NCBI GenBank assembly: GCA_965208105.1
Contig: OZ242318.1
Span: 1,120,001 to 1,184,000, forward strand
Source: Candidatus Latescibacterota bacterium
GTDB taxonomy: Bacteria; Latescibacterota; UBA2968; UBA8231
Direction: 5' to 3'
DNA length: 64,000 nucleotides
Positions 9,297 to 20,626 of the stretch are shown here, piece after piece (the stretch's first letter is position 1; each line of letters begins with the position of its first letter). Below the pieces are notes generated by a model. That model was not told the origin of the DNA and ran no database searches. It worked only from the letters and a program-made list of their open reading frames with translations. The position numbers and the translations under genes are program-made.

Positions 9297-11336
9297 TCAG
9301 CCAAGTTCCCGGGGCACGGTGACGTTCCAGCTCTTGTCGAAGTAGCGGTTCCCGTCGACGGTCACCTCCACCGTGGTCGAGAAATGGTAGGATTCCGCGT
9401 CGCTGCGCAGGACTTCTTTGGCCTCGACGACAATCTTCTTGTCCGGATGCGGCGGCTCGTACAGGTAGCCGGCCTTCAGCACGGTTTCGGCCGGGTTCTT
9501 CGGCGTCACCGTATAGGTCGACCAGGCCCGCCCGGGGACGTGACTCCCGGCCCCGTCCCTCTCCAGGGTGGCGGTCACGGTGCCGGCGACGTGGTCGTGG
9601 GTGATCTCGTGGCGGCTGGCGGGCAAGTCCTCCATGGTCGCCGGCGGATGCGGCGAGGGCTCGAATCGCGGCTCCGGCAGAGATGGAGTCGGGTCCGGGG
9701 TCAGGGGCAGCACCACCCGAGACGGGCGGTCGCGGCCGCAGTACAGGCTGTGGATTGCCGGGCACGGTGTGGGCCAGGCGTTCTGGAAATCGGCGCCGGC
9801 CACGCTCAGGCGAATGCGGTGGCCCTTCTCGAACAGGTAGGAGAGGTATTTCATCTCGATGCGCAACTCGTAGACCTCGCCAGCTTCCATGGGCTCGGGA
9901 CTCGAGTGGGAGCTGCGGTGGGTCCCCAGCAGGCCGCCGTCGGTCAGCCACTTCGAGGTGCCGTCCGGGGCGACGTCGGTCAGCTTCAGGTGGAAGTAGG
10001 CGGTAGGGGCGCTGGAAGAAACGTGCAGCACCGCCACCGGGTTTCCGCTGACCTCGAGATCCCGCTGCAGCGGCGGCGTGGTCCAGGTCAGCGACAGGGC
10101 CTCGTCGAGCCGCTGGTCCACCGGCATGGCCCAGGGTATGATGCCGCCGCCCCAGTAGATGCCGGCGGTGATGCCGACCGCCGGGTTGTAGACGTTCTCG
10201 CTTGCCATACTCTCGCAATCCGGGGCCTCGCGACCGAGCTCTCCTCCGGGGTGAAAGTAGAAGGAGGTGTCCCGGTTGCGCGCCGGCGGCCACTCCTCCT
10301 CCGCTCTCCAGAACCCGGCGTCCTCCAGGTACATATGCGCCGCCGGCTCCTTGTAGCGGCGCACGAACAGGGAGACCGCGGGCTCATCCATCACCCCGGT
10401 TTCCTCCCCCTTCAGCCAGCGGTCGTACCACCTGAGCATCTCGTGGCGAAAGTCTATCCGGGGCCCGGGGAGGGCGTCTTCCGGCCAGTAGTGGCCCCAC
10501 GGACCCAGCAGGATCTTCCTGGGGACCTCGAGATTGGAGAAGGCCCGCAAAATCGGGGTGGGATAGGGATCAGCCCAGCCGCACCAGAACATCACCGGCA
10601 CATCGACGCGGCCGTAGTCCGGCTGCAGCGAACGCTCCTCCCAGTAGGGACCATGCAGCGGATGGGTTATGTAGCCGATGCCCCAGGGAACGTTGTTCTC
10701 CAGGCGCTCCTGCCACAGCTCCTCCCACAGCGGCCCGGCGATCTCGACGTCCGGAGGAGAGAAGTTGTAGGCCGTCATCAGCGGCGAGTAGCTGTCGAAC
10801 ATGTAGGGGCGGATCGAGCCGCCGGGGTTGGTCCAGTCGAGGTAGACGTCGGTGTTCGACGACCCCATCACCAGGGTCCTGAGATGAGGCGGCCTCTGCG
10901 CCGCCACGTGCCACTGCACCACGCCGCCGAAGGACATGCCCCACATGCCCACGGCGCCGCTGCACCAGGGCTGGGCGGCGACCCATTCCACCGCCTCGTA
11001 GCCGTCCCGCCGCTCCCGCTCCGAGTAGATGTCGGTGGTCGAGCCACCCGAGTTGCCGGTGCCGCGCACGTCGAAGCAGACGACGGCGTAGCCGCGGCTG
11101 GCGAACCAGGCGGGACCGTGGCGGCGGTGATTGTAACCGCTCTCGGAAACTTCGGCCTCGATCCCGGTGAGGCGGCGATAGGGCAGGTACTCGACGATCG
11201 CCGGGAACTCCCCTGGCGCGTCGGGACGCGCGACCACGGCGGCCAGCTCGACCCCGTCGCTCATGGGCATGCGCACCTTGCGGTCGAGCTTCACCTCGTA
11301 TTCCGGCCTGGATGCCGGCTTGCTCTGTCCGTTCAT
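9297..11336 (-). CDS. CocE/NonD family serine hydrolase (peptidase S15)
   Basis: MPMSDGVELAA, DVRGTGNSGG, GMWGMSFGG nucleophile elbow, GPWGH, PepX-like C-terminus. Confidence 0.9.
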   Translation of the reverse strand: MNGQSKPASRPEYEVKLDRKVRMPMSDGVELAAVVARPDAPGEFPAIVEYLPYRRLTGIEAEVSESGYNHRRHGPAWFASRGYAVVCFDVRGTGNSGGSTTDIYSERERRDGYEAVEWVAAQPWCSGAVGMWGMSFGGVVQWHVAAQRPPHLRTLVMGSSNTDVYLDWTNPGGSIRPYMFDSYSPLMTAYNFSPPDVEIAGPLWEELWQERLENNVPWGIGYITHPLHGPYWEERSLQPDYGRVDVPVMFWCGWADPYPTPILRAFSNLEVPRKILLGPWGHYWPEDALPGPRIDFRHEMLRWYDRWLKGEETGVMDEPAVSLFVRRYKEPAAHMYLEDAGFWRAEEEWPPARNRDTSFYFHPGGELGREAPDCESMASENVYNPAVGITAGIYWGGGIIPWAMPVDQRLDEALSLTWTTPPLQRDLEVSGNPVAVLHVSSSAPTAYFHLKLTDVAPDGTSKWLTDGGLLGTHRSSHSSPEPMEAGEVYELRIEMKYLSYLFEKGHRIRLSVAGADFQNAWPTPCPAIHSLYCGRDRPSRVVLPLTPDPTPSLPEPRFEPSPHPPATMEDLPASRHEITHDHVAGTVTATLERDGAGSHVPGRAWSTYTVTPKNPAETVLKAGYLYEPPHPDKKIVVEAKEVLRSDAESYHFSTTVEVTVDGNRYFDKSWNVTVPRELG

Positions 11337-13590
11337 GTCCTCTCCCTCACAGTCGCGGATGCTTCCCTTGACCCGGTCTCTGTGCTGCCCTATAAATTGG
11401 CTTCGCAGCACGGTTGTGGTCAATCAGGGTGAAATTGCGGGTCGGAGCCAATAAATTCAAGCGTGGGTATTGCTTCCGAATAATTTTCCGTTGTCGTGTA
11501 GGAGGAGCGAGTCAACGGGTTGGAAAAAGCCTTGGCTGTCGAGGCATTCCCGAGTTTATTAAGGGAGTTATTGCTGAAAATTGACCAGCTCCATCAATCA
11601 TAGTTTGCGTCATTCCTCCCTTTTCTTATTCCTGATTTTTCTCTCCTCTCGGGCCGCATCGGCTACGAGCGCGGAGGTGGATTCCCTGCCTCTGATTGTC
11701 CTTCCTCCCACCATAGTCAGCGCCAAGGCAATCGAGAAAGAGCAAGGGGAAATCCATCTATCCACCGTGGAGGTGAGAAGATATCCCGCCCCGACCAATG
11801 ACCCGATCCGATTTCTGAAAGTGCTGCCCGGCATTTCCTCAGGCAATGATTTCAGCTCCTCCTACAATGTGAGTGGCGGAAACTACGACCAAAACCTCCT
11901 CTATATCAACGGCATTGAAATCGAGTCGCCATTTCATGCAAGGCACGGACTGGCGCAGTCCATTTCGATGTTGAATCCGGCCATGATAGACAGTATGACC
12001 TTTCGATCCATCTCATTCCCGGTGATGATGGGAGATAAGCTCAGCAGCTTGGTCGAAGCGGATTACAAGGCCAGCGCGGAGAAGATGGAAGGAGAATTAG
12101 ATCTTTCGCTTTCAAGTCAAAACATGGTGGTGGGAGGACAGATCGGTGAATCTGCCGGTTTCTCCACCGGTATACGCCATGCCAACCTGAGCCGCTATGC
12201 GCGGGGTCTGCAGATAAAAGGGGAGTATATTCCGAGCTTCTGGGATTGGCAGACTCAGATAAAAGCCAAGTCCTCTCTGATGGGCGAGATCTCTCTGTTT
12301 GCTGCAACACTGAATAGCCATTTTGTTATGCGTCCAGAGAAGATGAGGCTGCGCTATAACTGCTCCGCATTGCAGCACCGGGAGGTGTGTAGTGAGATTA
12401 AGGGGATGGGGACCGGGGCTGAAAACTACGAATTCTCCGATCAGGCGGTTGGCATTGCTTTTGAGCGCTTGTCCCCTTTGGGAACAGTCCAGGTAGTTGG
12501 CAATCTGACCAGGAAAAGGGAGACGGAAGATACCGATGTGGAATATGCGCTTGAACCAGGAAAAATTCTCAGCATGGAGAAAATCGACAGTCAGTTTTGG
12601 AGAAATAGATGGAAAGTTGAAATTAACGTTAGGGCCTCGCACTTTTGGGGAGGCGCCGGCCTGAAACGGGCAAAGATGGGGGGTTATATTGATGCGAAGG
12701 AGAACATCTCCTATCGCCAAGGCACTTTCTTAAATGAGGCATCTCACCTGAGTGTGCACAGGAAGGACATCGACAAATTCGTTTTTCTGCAAAACAGGTG
12801 GGGCGCTGGCCGCCTTGATGTGGTTGGTGGAATTCGCCTTGTAAGCTTCGGGGCCACTGCCGAATCGATTGCAATGCCGCGAACGAGCATCACCTTCACT
12901 GCCTCTCCTCGATTGTCTTTGTCGCTTGCAGCCGGACGCCATGCTCAGCCTCCGGTGTATAAGGAATATTTGGGCGGAAGTAAGGGGAGGAAGATAGACT
13001 TCAAAGCCCAGCGATCCGAACAAATAGGCGCCGGGTTCGTGTATGGGATAAGGAATTCTCTGCACTGGAGCACCGATATCTATTACCGGCATCAATGGAG
13101 AATGATCTCCTACCAGGTTGATGATCTCAAAATATCCTATGCGAGCAGCAATGGCGCGAGGGGGTATGTTTTGGGCATTAATTCCAAGATCAGGGGAAAG
13201 GCCGACAGCCTGATCGGAATTGCCAGCTATGGCTTCCTGGTTGCGCGCGAGGACATAAAGGGAGACAGTCGAGGCCATATTCCCATGCCCAGCGATCAGC
13301 GCCACACACTGTCATTATACCTGGAAGACAGGATGTATTTAGGAATAATCGAGAGGCGCTTTTTGAAGTTTTCCAGGTTCCATCTTCGCATTTTATTTGG
13401 GACAGGTTTCCCCTACACACACCAGGTTGTTCAAGGAAATGGGCGCTTGGTCGATGGGCCGCGAAACAGCAGTCGAGGCGAGCCCTATTTCAGGTTTGAC
13501 GTGGGACTGACTCAGGGAATTAGAATTGCTGAAAACACCTTTCATTTGCGCCAGGAGATAGCTAATTTGTTCGATCAATACAATGCGCTA

Positions 13591-14746
13591 GTGCTCTGTT
13601 AAGGATTCAGGCTTGTACTTTTTCGTACATGTTGGTATCATGGGGACATATGTCCATTTTTCTGGGAGGGTCCTGCCATGTGCCTCCATGCTCGAACACC
13701 GGATGCTGCCGAATCGAAAGAACTGGGCCGATGGCTGAAGCGGCCACGCAATGCCGTACAGATGCGACGAGGGCAATTGATCTCCCTCAGTGCCCAGGGT
13801 ATGCGGGTCCAGGAGCTGTCGGCGACGCTGCATCTGCACGAGGAATACATCCGCTCCCTGGTCCGACGATACAACGAGGAAGGGCTGGCGTCGCTTCGCA
13901 CGCGAGCCCACCCGGGGCGCACCCCAGCGCTGACGCCCGAAGACGAGTCCGTGGTGGTGGAGATCGCCAAGATGCCCCCTCGGGCTTTCGGCCAACCCTT
14001 CAACCAGTGGTCGCTGCGCAAGCTGACCGACTGTCTGGTCGGGCGCAAGATGATCCCCAAGGTCTCGCACGTGACCATCGCCAAGGTCTTGGACCGGCAT
14101 AAGGTCACCTACCAACGTACCCGCACCTGGAAGGAGTCGAAGGATCCGGATTTCTCCTCGAAAAAAAACGCATCGACCGCCTCTACCGGCGTGCGCCGAA
14201 GGACTCGGTCGTAGTCTGCTTCGACGAAATGGGGCCCGTGCAGATCAAGCCCCATGCCGGCTCCTCCTGGGCGCCGCAGAAGCACCCGGTGCGGCACCGA
14301 GCCACCTACACCCGGCACGCCGGGGTCAGCTATTTCTTCGGCGCCTACAACGTCCACGAGGACGTCCTGTGGATGCATCACAAGCGAAAGAAGCACGCCT
14401 CGGAGGTGCTCACTTTCCTCAAGGCCATCCGGCACCGCTACCGCAAGGCCCAACGCATCTACCTCGTTCTGGACAATTTGTCGACGCACGCGACCCCAAA
14501 GATTCGGCAATGGTGTCGGCAGCATCGAGTCTCCCTCGTCTTCACCGCTACCAACGCCTCCTGGATGAACCGTCTCGAATGCCATCTGACCGCCGCCCAC
14601 TACTTCGTCATCAAGAACAGCGACCCAAGGGACCATCGAGACATCGGCCAGCGCATGCAGGAATACCTCGTATGGAGAAATCGAAACCAGGACGATGCCA
14701 AGCTCGCCAAAATACAAAATTCAATGCCCACTCTTTAACAGCGCAC
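13591..14746 (+). mobile_element. IS630-family insertion sequence
   Basis: Terminal IRs GTGCTCTGTTAAGGA / TCTTTAACAGCGCAC; TA duplication (13589-90, 14747-48) at a CTAG site. Confidence 0.92.
13678..14738 (+). CDS. IS630 transposase (HTH ORF + DDE ORF joined by a -1 frameshift at A8, 14161-14168)
   Basis: HTH/WSLRKL in ORF-A; the -1 frame reads KKRIDRLY..VCFDEMGP..LVLDNLSTH..SWMNRLE. Confidence 0.88.
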
Positions 14747-14965
14747 TAGGGTATTCCTACTTCCCCACATGGCGGGGAGAGCCGATTGAAGTTAAAAGAT
14801 CGCTGGGGCGACGGGTGTACAATTTGGGGATAGTTTGGGAGTTTTGAGTCCTCATTCACGCCCCCTGATCATCGCACTGTTTTTGTTTTTTTGAGTTGTA
14901 GGGAGGGTAAGTTGAAAGCTACGAGACGCTTACCAAATACACGGGTGCAGGAACGGGGAAATTGA

Positions 14966-15295
14966 TTGACAGTCTGGCTGCCAGGGCGGGTAGCTGACCT
15001 GCGGATTGAAGCCGTGCTTGATACCACCGAGGTGAGGGAATTTCTGGAAGGCATGAAAGACCAGGACATCGATGAGATTGCCTTTTCCGCCAAGGCAGCG
15101 ATTCTGGATCTCGAGATAAAGGTTGAAGATTGGGAGGCTGCCAAACAGGAGCTCGCCAAGCTGCGTACCGAGTATGCCGGCATAGATTCTGTCGGGGGCC
15201 ATGATGTCAATCGTCCGTTCCGGTACAAGGAACGCCTTATCAAGATAAATGAGGAGTTAAAAAAATTGGGAGGAAGGCCTCACAGGATTGAATAA
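14966..15295 (+). CDS. Hypothetical protein, possibly a gene remnant
   Basis: 109-aa ORF with helical, protein-like composition; start uncertain. Confidence 0.35.
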   Translation: MTVWLPGRVADLRIEAVLDTTEVREFLEGMKDQDIDEIAFSAKAAILDLEIKVEDWEAAKQELAKLRTEYAGIDSVGGHDVNRPFRYKERLIKINEELKKLGGRPHRIE

Positions 15296-15362
15296 GATGA
15301 GCGAAGGTTAAGAAATCTCTGATTAAGCATCCTGTTAACGTCAAGTCTGTCAGCGCCGACGT

Positions 15363-18300
15363 GTTTCAATCCGCTCCCCTCACCGAAGCAAGGGGAGATG
15401 GTCGACCTGCTGACGGTAGGGCTCGTAGGCGAGGTTTCAATCCGCTCCCCTCACCGAAGCAAGGAGAGATGGCTCGATCTGCGAAAGGTCCACGCCTCGA
15501 TGGGGTTTCAATCCGCTCCCCTCACCGAAGCAAGGGGAGATCCACGCCTCGGCCTCGGGACGAAAGCAACCCAGGGTTTCAATCCGCTCCCCTCACCGAA
15601 GCAAGGGGAGATCGCCTATTGGGGTATTACCACCAGGGCCTGCGGGTGTTTCAATCCGCTCCCCTCACCGAAGCAAGGGGAGATTGGTTTTCCAATGCAC
15701 CAACACCCAGGTTGATAGTGTTTCAATCCGCTCCCCTCACCGAAGCAAGGGGAGATCTGTCCAACCCCATCGATTGCGGTGCCTACATTCGAGGTTTCAA
15801 TCCGCTCCCCTCACCGAAGCAAGGGGAGATCGGGCGTCGCCCGGGGGACTACTTATATCGACATGTTTCAATCCGCTCCCCTCACCGAAGCAAGGGGAGA
15901 TATCTACCTCCGGGACGGTATGGCTTGCACCTGGTGCGGTTTCAATCCGCTCCCCTCACCGAAGCAAGGGGAGATTCAAGGCTGGGCCACGACAGTATCG
16001 GCGCCAGAATAGTTTCAATCCGCTCCCCTCACCGAAGCAAGGGGAGATCAGGGCGCACCGTCGCCACACCCGCGCCCGCGTGGTTTCAATCCGCTCCCCT
16101 CACCGAAGCAAGGGGAGATCCACCCCTCGCCTTTTGGTGGCCTGCAAATTCCAGTTTCAATCCGCTCCCCTCACCGAAGCAAGGGGAGATTTCCCGAGGT
16201 TGGCCCATTCCGATCATCTGCACATGTTTCAATCCGCTCCCCTCACCGAAGCAAGGGGAGATGCTGTTGGTCGCAGCGTAGGCCACCACGTCCATGAGTT
16301 TCAATCCGCTCCCCTCACCGAAGCAAGGGGAGATCCAGCGCATACAGCCTCCTCTCAGCGGTAGCGGTAGTTTCAATCCGCTCCCCTCACCGAAGCAAGG
16401 GGAGATCTGCTCGGCTTGTCCGCAAGCTCTGACCCTGACGCTGTTTCAATCCGCTCCCCTCACCGAAGCAAGGGGAGATCCGAATCTCCAGCAATGCTGG
16501 TATCTTACCAATTAGTTTCAATCCGCTCCCCTCACCGAAGCAAGGGGAGATCCCCCATGATCCGGAGTGCAAATCGCTTTCTGATAGTTTCAATCCGCTC
16601 CCCTCACCGAAGCAAGGGGAGATAGCGACCCGCGTGTTTTTGGGTGATTTGTTAGTTGTTTCAATCCGCTCCCCTCACCGAAGCAAGGGGAGATGACGGC
16701 AAAGCGGGGGAATCAGTGAGACGGACAGAGTTTCAATCCGCTCCCCTCACCGAAGCAAGGGGAGATCTCGGTGCCCGGCCAGCCGGCCCCGACCACCTAC
16801 GTTTCAATCCGCTCCCCTCACCGAAGCAAGGGGAGATTCGGGCGGGTCCTACAGCCCGAACACGGGCGACGTGTTTCAATCCGCTCCCCTCACCGAAGCA
16901 AGGGGAGATACGCCCGGCGCAGGCGAGACGACCTACCTGATTACGTTTCAATCCGCTCCCCTCACCGAAGCAAGGGGAGATCGGCCCTACCTGGCGCTAT
17001 GACACCTCGCGCCGCTCGTTTCAATCCGCTCCCCTCACCGAAGCAAGGGGAGATGGCGGCGTCAGGGCCAGGGCCACCGCGGAGATCGAGTTTCAATCCG
17101 CTCCCCTCACCGAAGCAAGGGGAGATGATGGCGTCGATTATTTTTGCCTGATCTCTGGACAGTTTCAATCCGCTCCCCTCACCGAAGCAAGGGGAGATAG
17201 CTGCTGATTCCCTGGATGATGCCCTGGTGCACGGTTTCAATCCGCTCCCCTCACCGAAGCAAGGGGAGATTGGCGCGGCTGATGGATCAGGGCAGGCCGT
17301 AGAGGGTTTCAATCCGCTCCCCTCACCGAAGCAAGGGGAGATATGGAGTGCCAGTTCCGATATCCTTGTCCGCGGAGTTTCAATCCGCTCCCCTCACCGA
17401 AGCAAGGGGAGATACAGCATCGAAATCTGAGCACGGAAAATTGGGTTGTTTCAATCCGCTCCCCTCACCGAAGCAAGGGGAGATCGTTCCTCCAATTCCA
17501 TACGGCGCTCATTCACCGCGTTTCAATCCGCTCCCCTCACCGAAGCAAGGGGAGATCCGACGGCGCGGTGCGCGCGTGGAGCTTCGACCCGGTTTCAATC
17601 CGCTCCCCTCACCGAAGCAAGGGGAGATCGGTTAAGGAGGATCAACACCTGTGCCGCACGGTATTGTTTCAATCCGCTCCCCTCACCGAAGCAAGGGGAG
17701 ATCGCTCAAGCTGCTTTCCTTCCAAAGGTTCCGGCCCGTTTCAATCCGCTCCCCTCACCGAAGCAAGGGGAGATCGGTCCCGCCGGCCCATGTCCGCCAA
17801 CGATGAACGGGTTTCAATCCGCTCCCCTCACCGAAGCAAGGGGAGATCCGACGGCGCGGTGCGCGCGTGGAGCTTCGACCCGGTTTCAATCCGCTCCCCT
17901 CACCGAAGCAAGGGGAGATCGGGGCATCGTCTCGTTCAACAACACGTTCTACCTGTTTCAATCCGCTCCCCTCACCGAAGCAAGGGGAGATCTTCGTAGG
18001 GATCAGCAACGTCATCGGCATCCGGTGTTTCAATCCGCTCCCCTCACCGAAGCAAGGGGAGATAGTGATCTCTTGCAGCCTGTCGGTGGGATGATCGGTT
18101 TCAATCCGCTCCCCTCACCGAAGCAAGGGGAGATTTACCTCATCGCTAAAATCCGTCCCATTGATACTGTTTCAATCCGCTCCCCTCACCGAAGCAAGGG
18201 GAGATTCGAGCGCTACGGCCATTCATCTGCAACCAGCGAGTGTTTCAATCCGCTCCCCTCACCGAAGCAAGGGGAGATTTGTCGTGGGGTTAAGACTGCC

Positions 18301-20155
18301 GGTAATACGGTTGTTTCAATCCGCTCCCCTCACCGAAGCAAGGGGAGATCAACAAAGTGGGGCACATCCTCGATACGCAGCCCTGTTTCAATCCGCTCCC
18401 CTCACCGAAGCAAGGGGAGATTTCTGATGGCGTCGATTATTTTGCCTGATTCTCTGGACAGTTTCAATCCGCTCCCCTCACCGAAGCAAGGGGAGATTCT
18501 TGCCGATTATCCTGGACGAGAGCGAAGCAAAGGTTTCAATCCGCTCCCCTCACCGAAGCAAGGGGAGATATCTCTCTTTGACTGTGGCTTTTTTGCCTGT
18601 CCTGTTTCAATCCGCTCCCCTCACCGAAGCAAGGGGAGATTTATCTACGATCTGGCGGGCGGGTCGGATGCAGCGGTTTCAATCCGCTCCCCTCACCGAA
18701 GCAAGGGGAGATTGGTTTGTTGTGCCTTGCATGGTTCCAATTTATAGAGTTTCAATCCGCTCCCCTCACCGAAGCAAGGGGAGATCAGGCAACCTAAATC
18801 TGACATTCACCGTATACGAGTGTTTCAATCCGCTCCCCTCACCGAAGCAAGGGGAGATCCGCCCGGATTGCTCCAGGCGGTCCTTAATCAGCTGTTTCAA
18901 TCCGCTCCCCTCACCGAAGCAAGGGGAGATGACCTCCCTACGGACCATTTCAAACGCTTGGGTAAGTTTCAATCCGCTCCCCTCACCGAAGCAAGGGGAG
19001 ATCTTTTTGGGCTGATACAGCAACGTGCACGGCAACGTTTCAATCCGCTCCCCTCACCGAAGCAAGGGGAGATGGGTATATCCCAAAGAGCTGAGAGCGT
19101 GGGTTTACGTTTCAATCCGCTCCCCTCACCGAAGCAAGGGGAGATCAGAGCAACAAAGTCACCGAATAGCAATATACCCGGTTTCAATCCGCTCCCCTCA
19201 CCGAAGCAAGGGGAGATCTCCCGGCGGATCATTACAACAGCTCGGATCGCCACGTTTCAATCCGCTCCCCTCACCGAAGCAAGGGGAGATAATGGGAATG
19301 CCCCGCCAAAGTTCCATTTCATACGTTTCAATCCGCTCCCCTCACCGAAGCAAGGGGAGATTTCTCCGCCTCGGCCCTGTCGATTACTCCATACCTGTTT
19401 CAATCCGCTCCCCTCACCGAAGCAAGGGGAGATCCAGCTTCTGAGCGGCACCCATACGACCATAAGAGTTTCAATCCGCTCCCCTCACCGAAGCAAGGGG
19501 AGATGTCGGTGATTTCACTCGTTTGACTCCAGTCTTTGGTTTCAATCCGCTCCCCTCACCGAAGCAAGGGGAGATCAGCGGCGGCGGCGGTTGACAAGTG
19601 GGTCGATCGTGTGTTTCAATCCGCTCCCCTCACCGAAGCAAGGGGAGATGCAATATGGACTGCCGAATCCTGGGAAACCTCGGCGTTTCAATCCGCTCCC
19701 CTCACCGAAGCAAGGGGAGATGTATGTGCTGGATAATGATTTCGCGGTGTTTGAAGTTTCAATCCGCTCCCCTCACCGAAGCAAGGGGAGATCGACTAGC
19801 TTGGTAGTCTGTTCAGCCAGCAATCCGTTTCAATCCGCTCCCCTCACCGAAGCAAGGGGAGATCTCTGAGTTCTCTTGCGTCTGTAAGAGCATCTTCGTT
19901 TCAATCCGCTCCCCTCACCGAAGCAAGGGGAGATTCCCTTGAGGAGACCTCCCCCCCACCAATGCCACGTTTCAATCCGCTCCCCTCACCGAAGCAAGGG
20001 GAGATCTATTCAAATCGCTCCTTCCTATGCAGATTACTCTAGTTTCAATCCGCTCCCCTCACCGAAGCAAGGGGAGATAGCGCATTGGGTTAATGCGCGG
20101 TGATCAAGGCTGAGATCTGTTTCAATCCGCTCCCCTCACCGAAGCAAGGGGAGAT
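15363..20155 (-). CRISPR. Type I-C CRISPR array, 67 repeats / 66 spacers (manual count)
   Basis: 37-bp repeat GTTTCAATCCGCTCCCCTCACCGAAGCAAGGGGAGAT (+). The minus strand ends ATTGAAAC and folds into a 10-bp stem with a cUUCGg loop. Spacers about 34-40 bp; a variant repeat lies at the distal end (15434). Confidence 0.98.
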
Positions 20156-20335
20156 ACCGGTTGTCGTAACCGGTGTAATACCAAAAGGTTATACAAGGGG
20201 ATGCGCGAACCTCCTTCAATCAGCATCCCACTGCCAAAACGAGGGCATATTCCTCGTTGTAATTTGTTATAAGCCATAAAGTTGTCCACCGCGCGAAAGC
20301 AAGGGCAAAACGCCGTTACTTTACGTTCGCGCACG
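20156..20335 (-). promoter_or_regulatory. CRISPR leader
   Basis: Non-coding stretch between cas2 and the first repeat; 9-bp inverted repeat TGCGCGAAC (20202) / GTTCGCGCA (20325). Confidence 0.75.
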
Positions 20336-20626
20336 CTATAAGACCAGTGGCTCATTCAGATCCACGGGTTCACCGAGCCCGTGATGCTCCGTCTTGTCTC
20401 TGGCATCTTCGTCCAGGTGATAAAACCTGAGCGAATCCTGTTTTGGATCCATTTCCTTCAGCAGACGACTCCTGAGCGCTGCCCATTGGGTCTTTCCCAG
20501 GCGACATTCAAAGAGCGATTTCTGAACCCGGATACCGTAATCCTTACAGGCTCTTGCTACCTTGCGCAGGCGCCGTTGGCCAGCTCGATCTATCGTTGAA
20601 ACATCGTAAGCGATCAGGATGAACAT
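20336..20626 (-). CDS. cas2: CRISPR-associated Cas2
   Basis: LIAYDVST..RRLRKVARACKDYGIRVQKSLFEC..DSLRFY. Confidence 0.97.
   Translation of the reverse strand: MFILIAYDVSTIDRAGQRRLRKVARACKDYGIRVQKSLFECRLGKTQWAALRSRLLKEMDPKQDSLRFYHLDEDARDKTEHHGLGEPVDLNEPLVL

Larger units (their letters stand above)
11581..14847 (+). pseudogene. TonB-dependent outer-membrane receptor interrupted near its 3' end by IS630
   Basis: Signal peptide; plug motif DPIRFLKVLPGI..YNVSGGNYDQNLLYINGIEI; removing the IS restores the tail GYSYFPTWRGEPIEVKRSLGRRVYNLGIVWEF* ending in a beta-barrel Phe. Confidence 0.85.

Noticed and set aside
15471-15575. Adjacent distal spacers share CCACGCCTCG
   Set aside because: A 10-nt GC-rich match with divergent flanks; plausibly chance
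15363-20155. Self-targeting array spacers within the window
   Set aside because: None noticed by eye; an exhaustive alignment was not possible, so no claim is made
15361-20355. Many ORFs across the CRISPR array (FQSAPLTEARGD repeats)
   Set aside because: Translations of repeats and spacers, not genes
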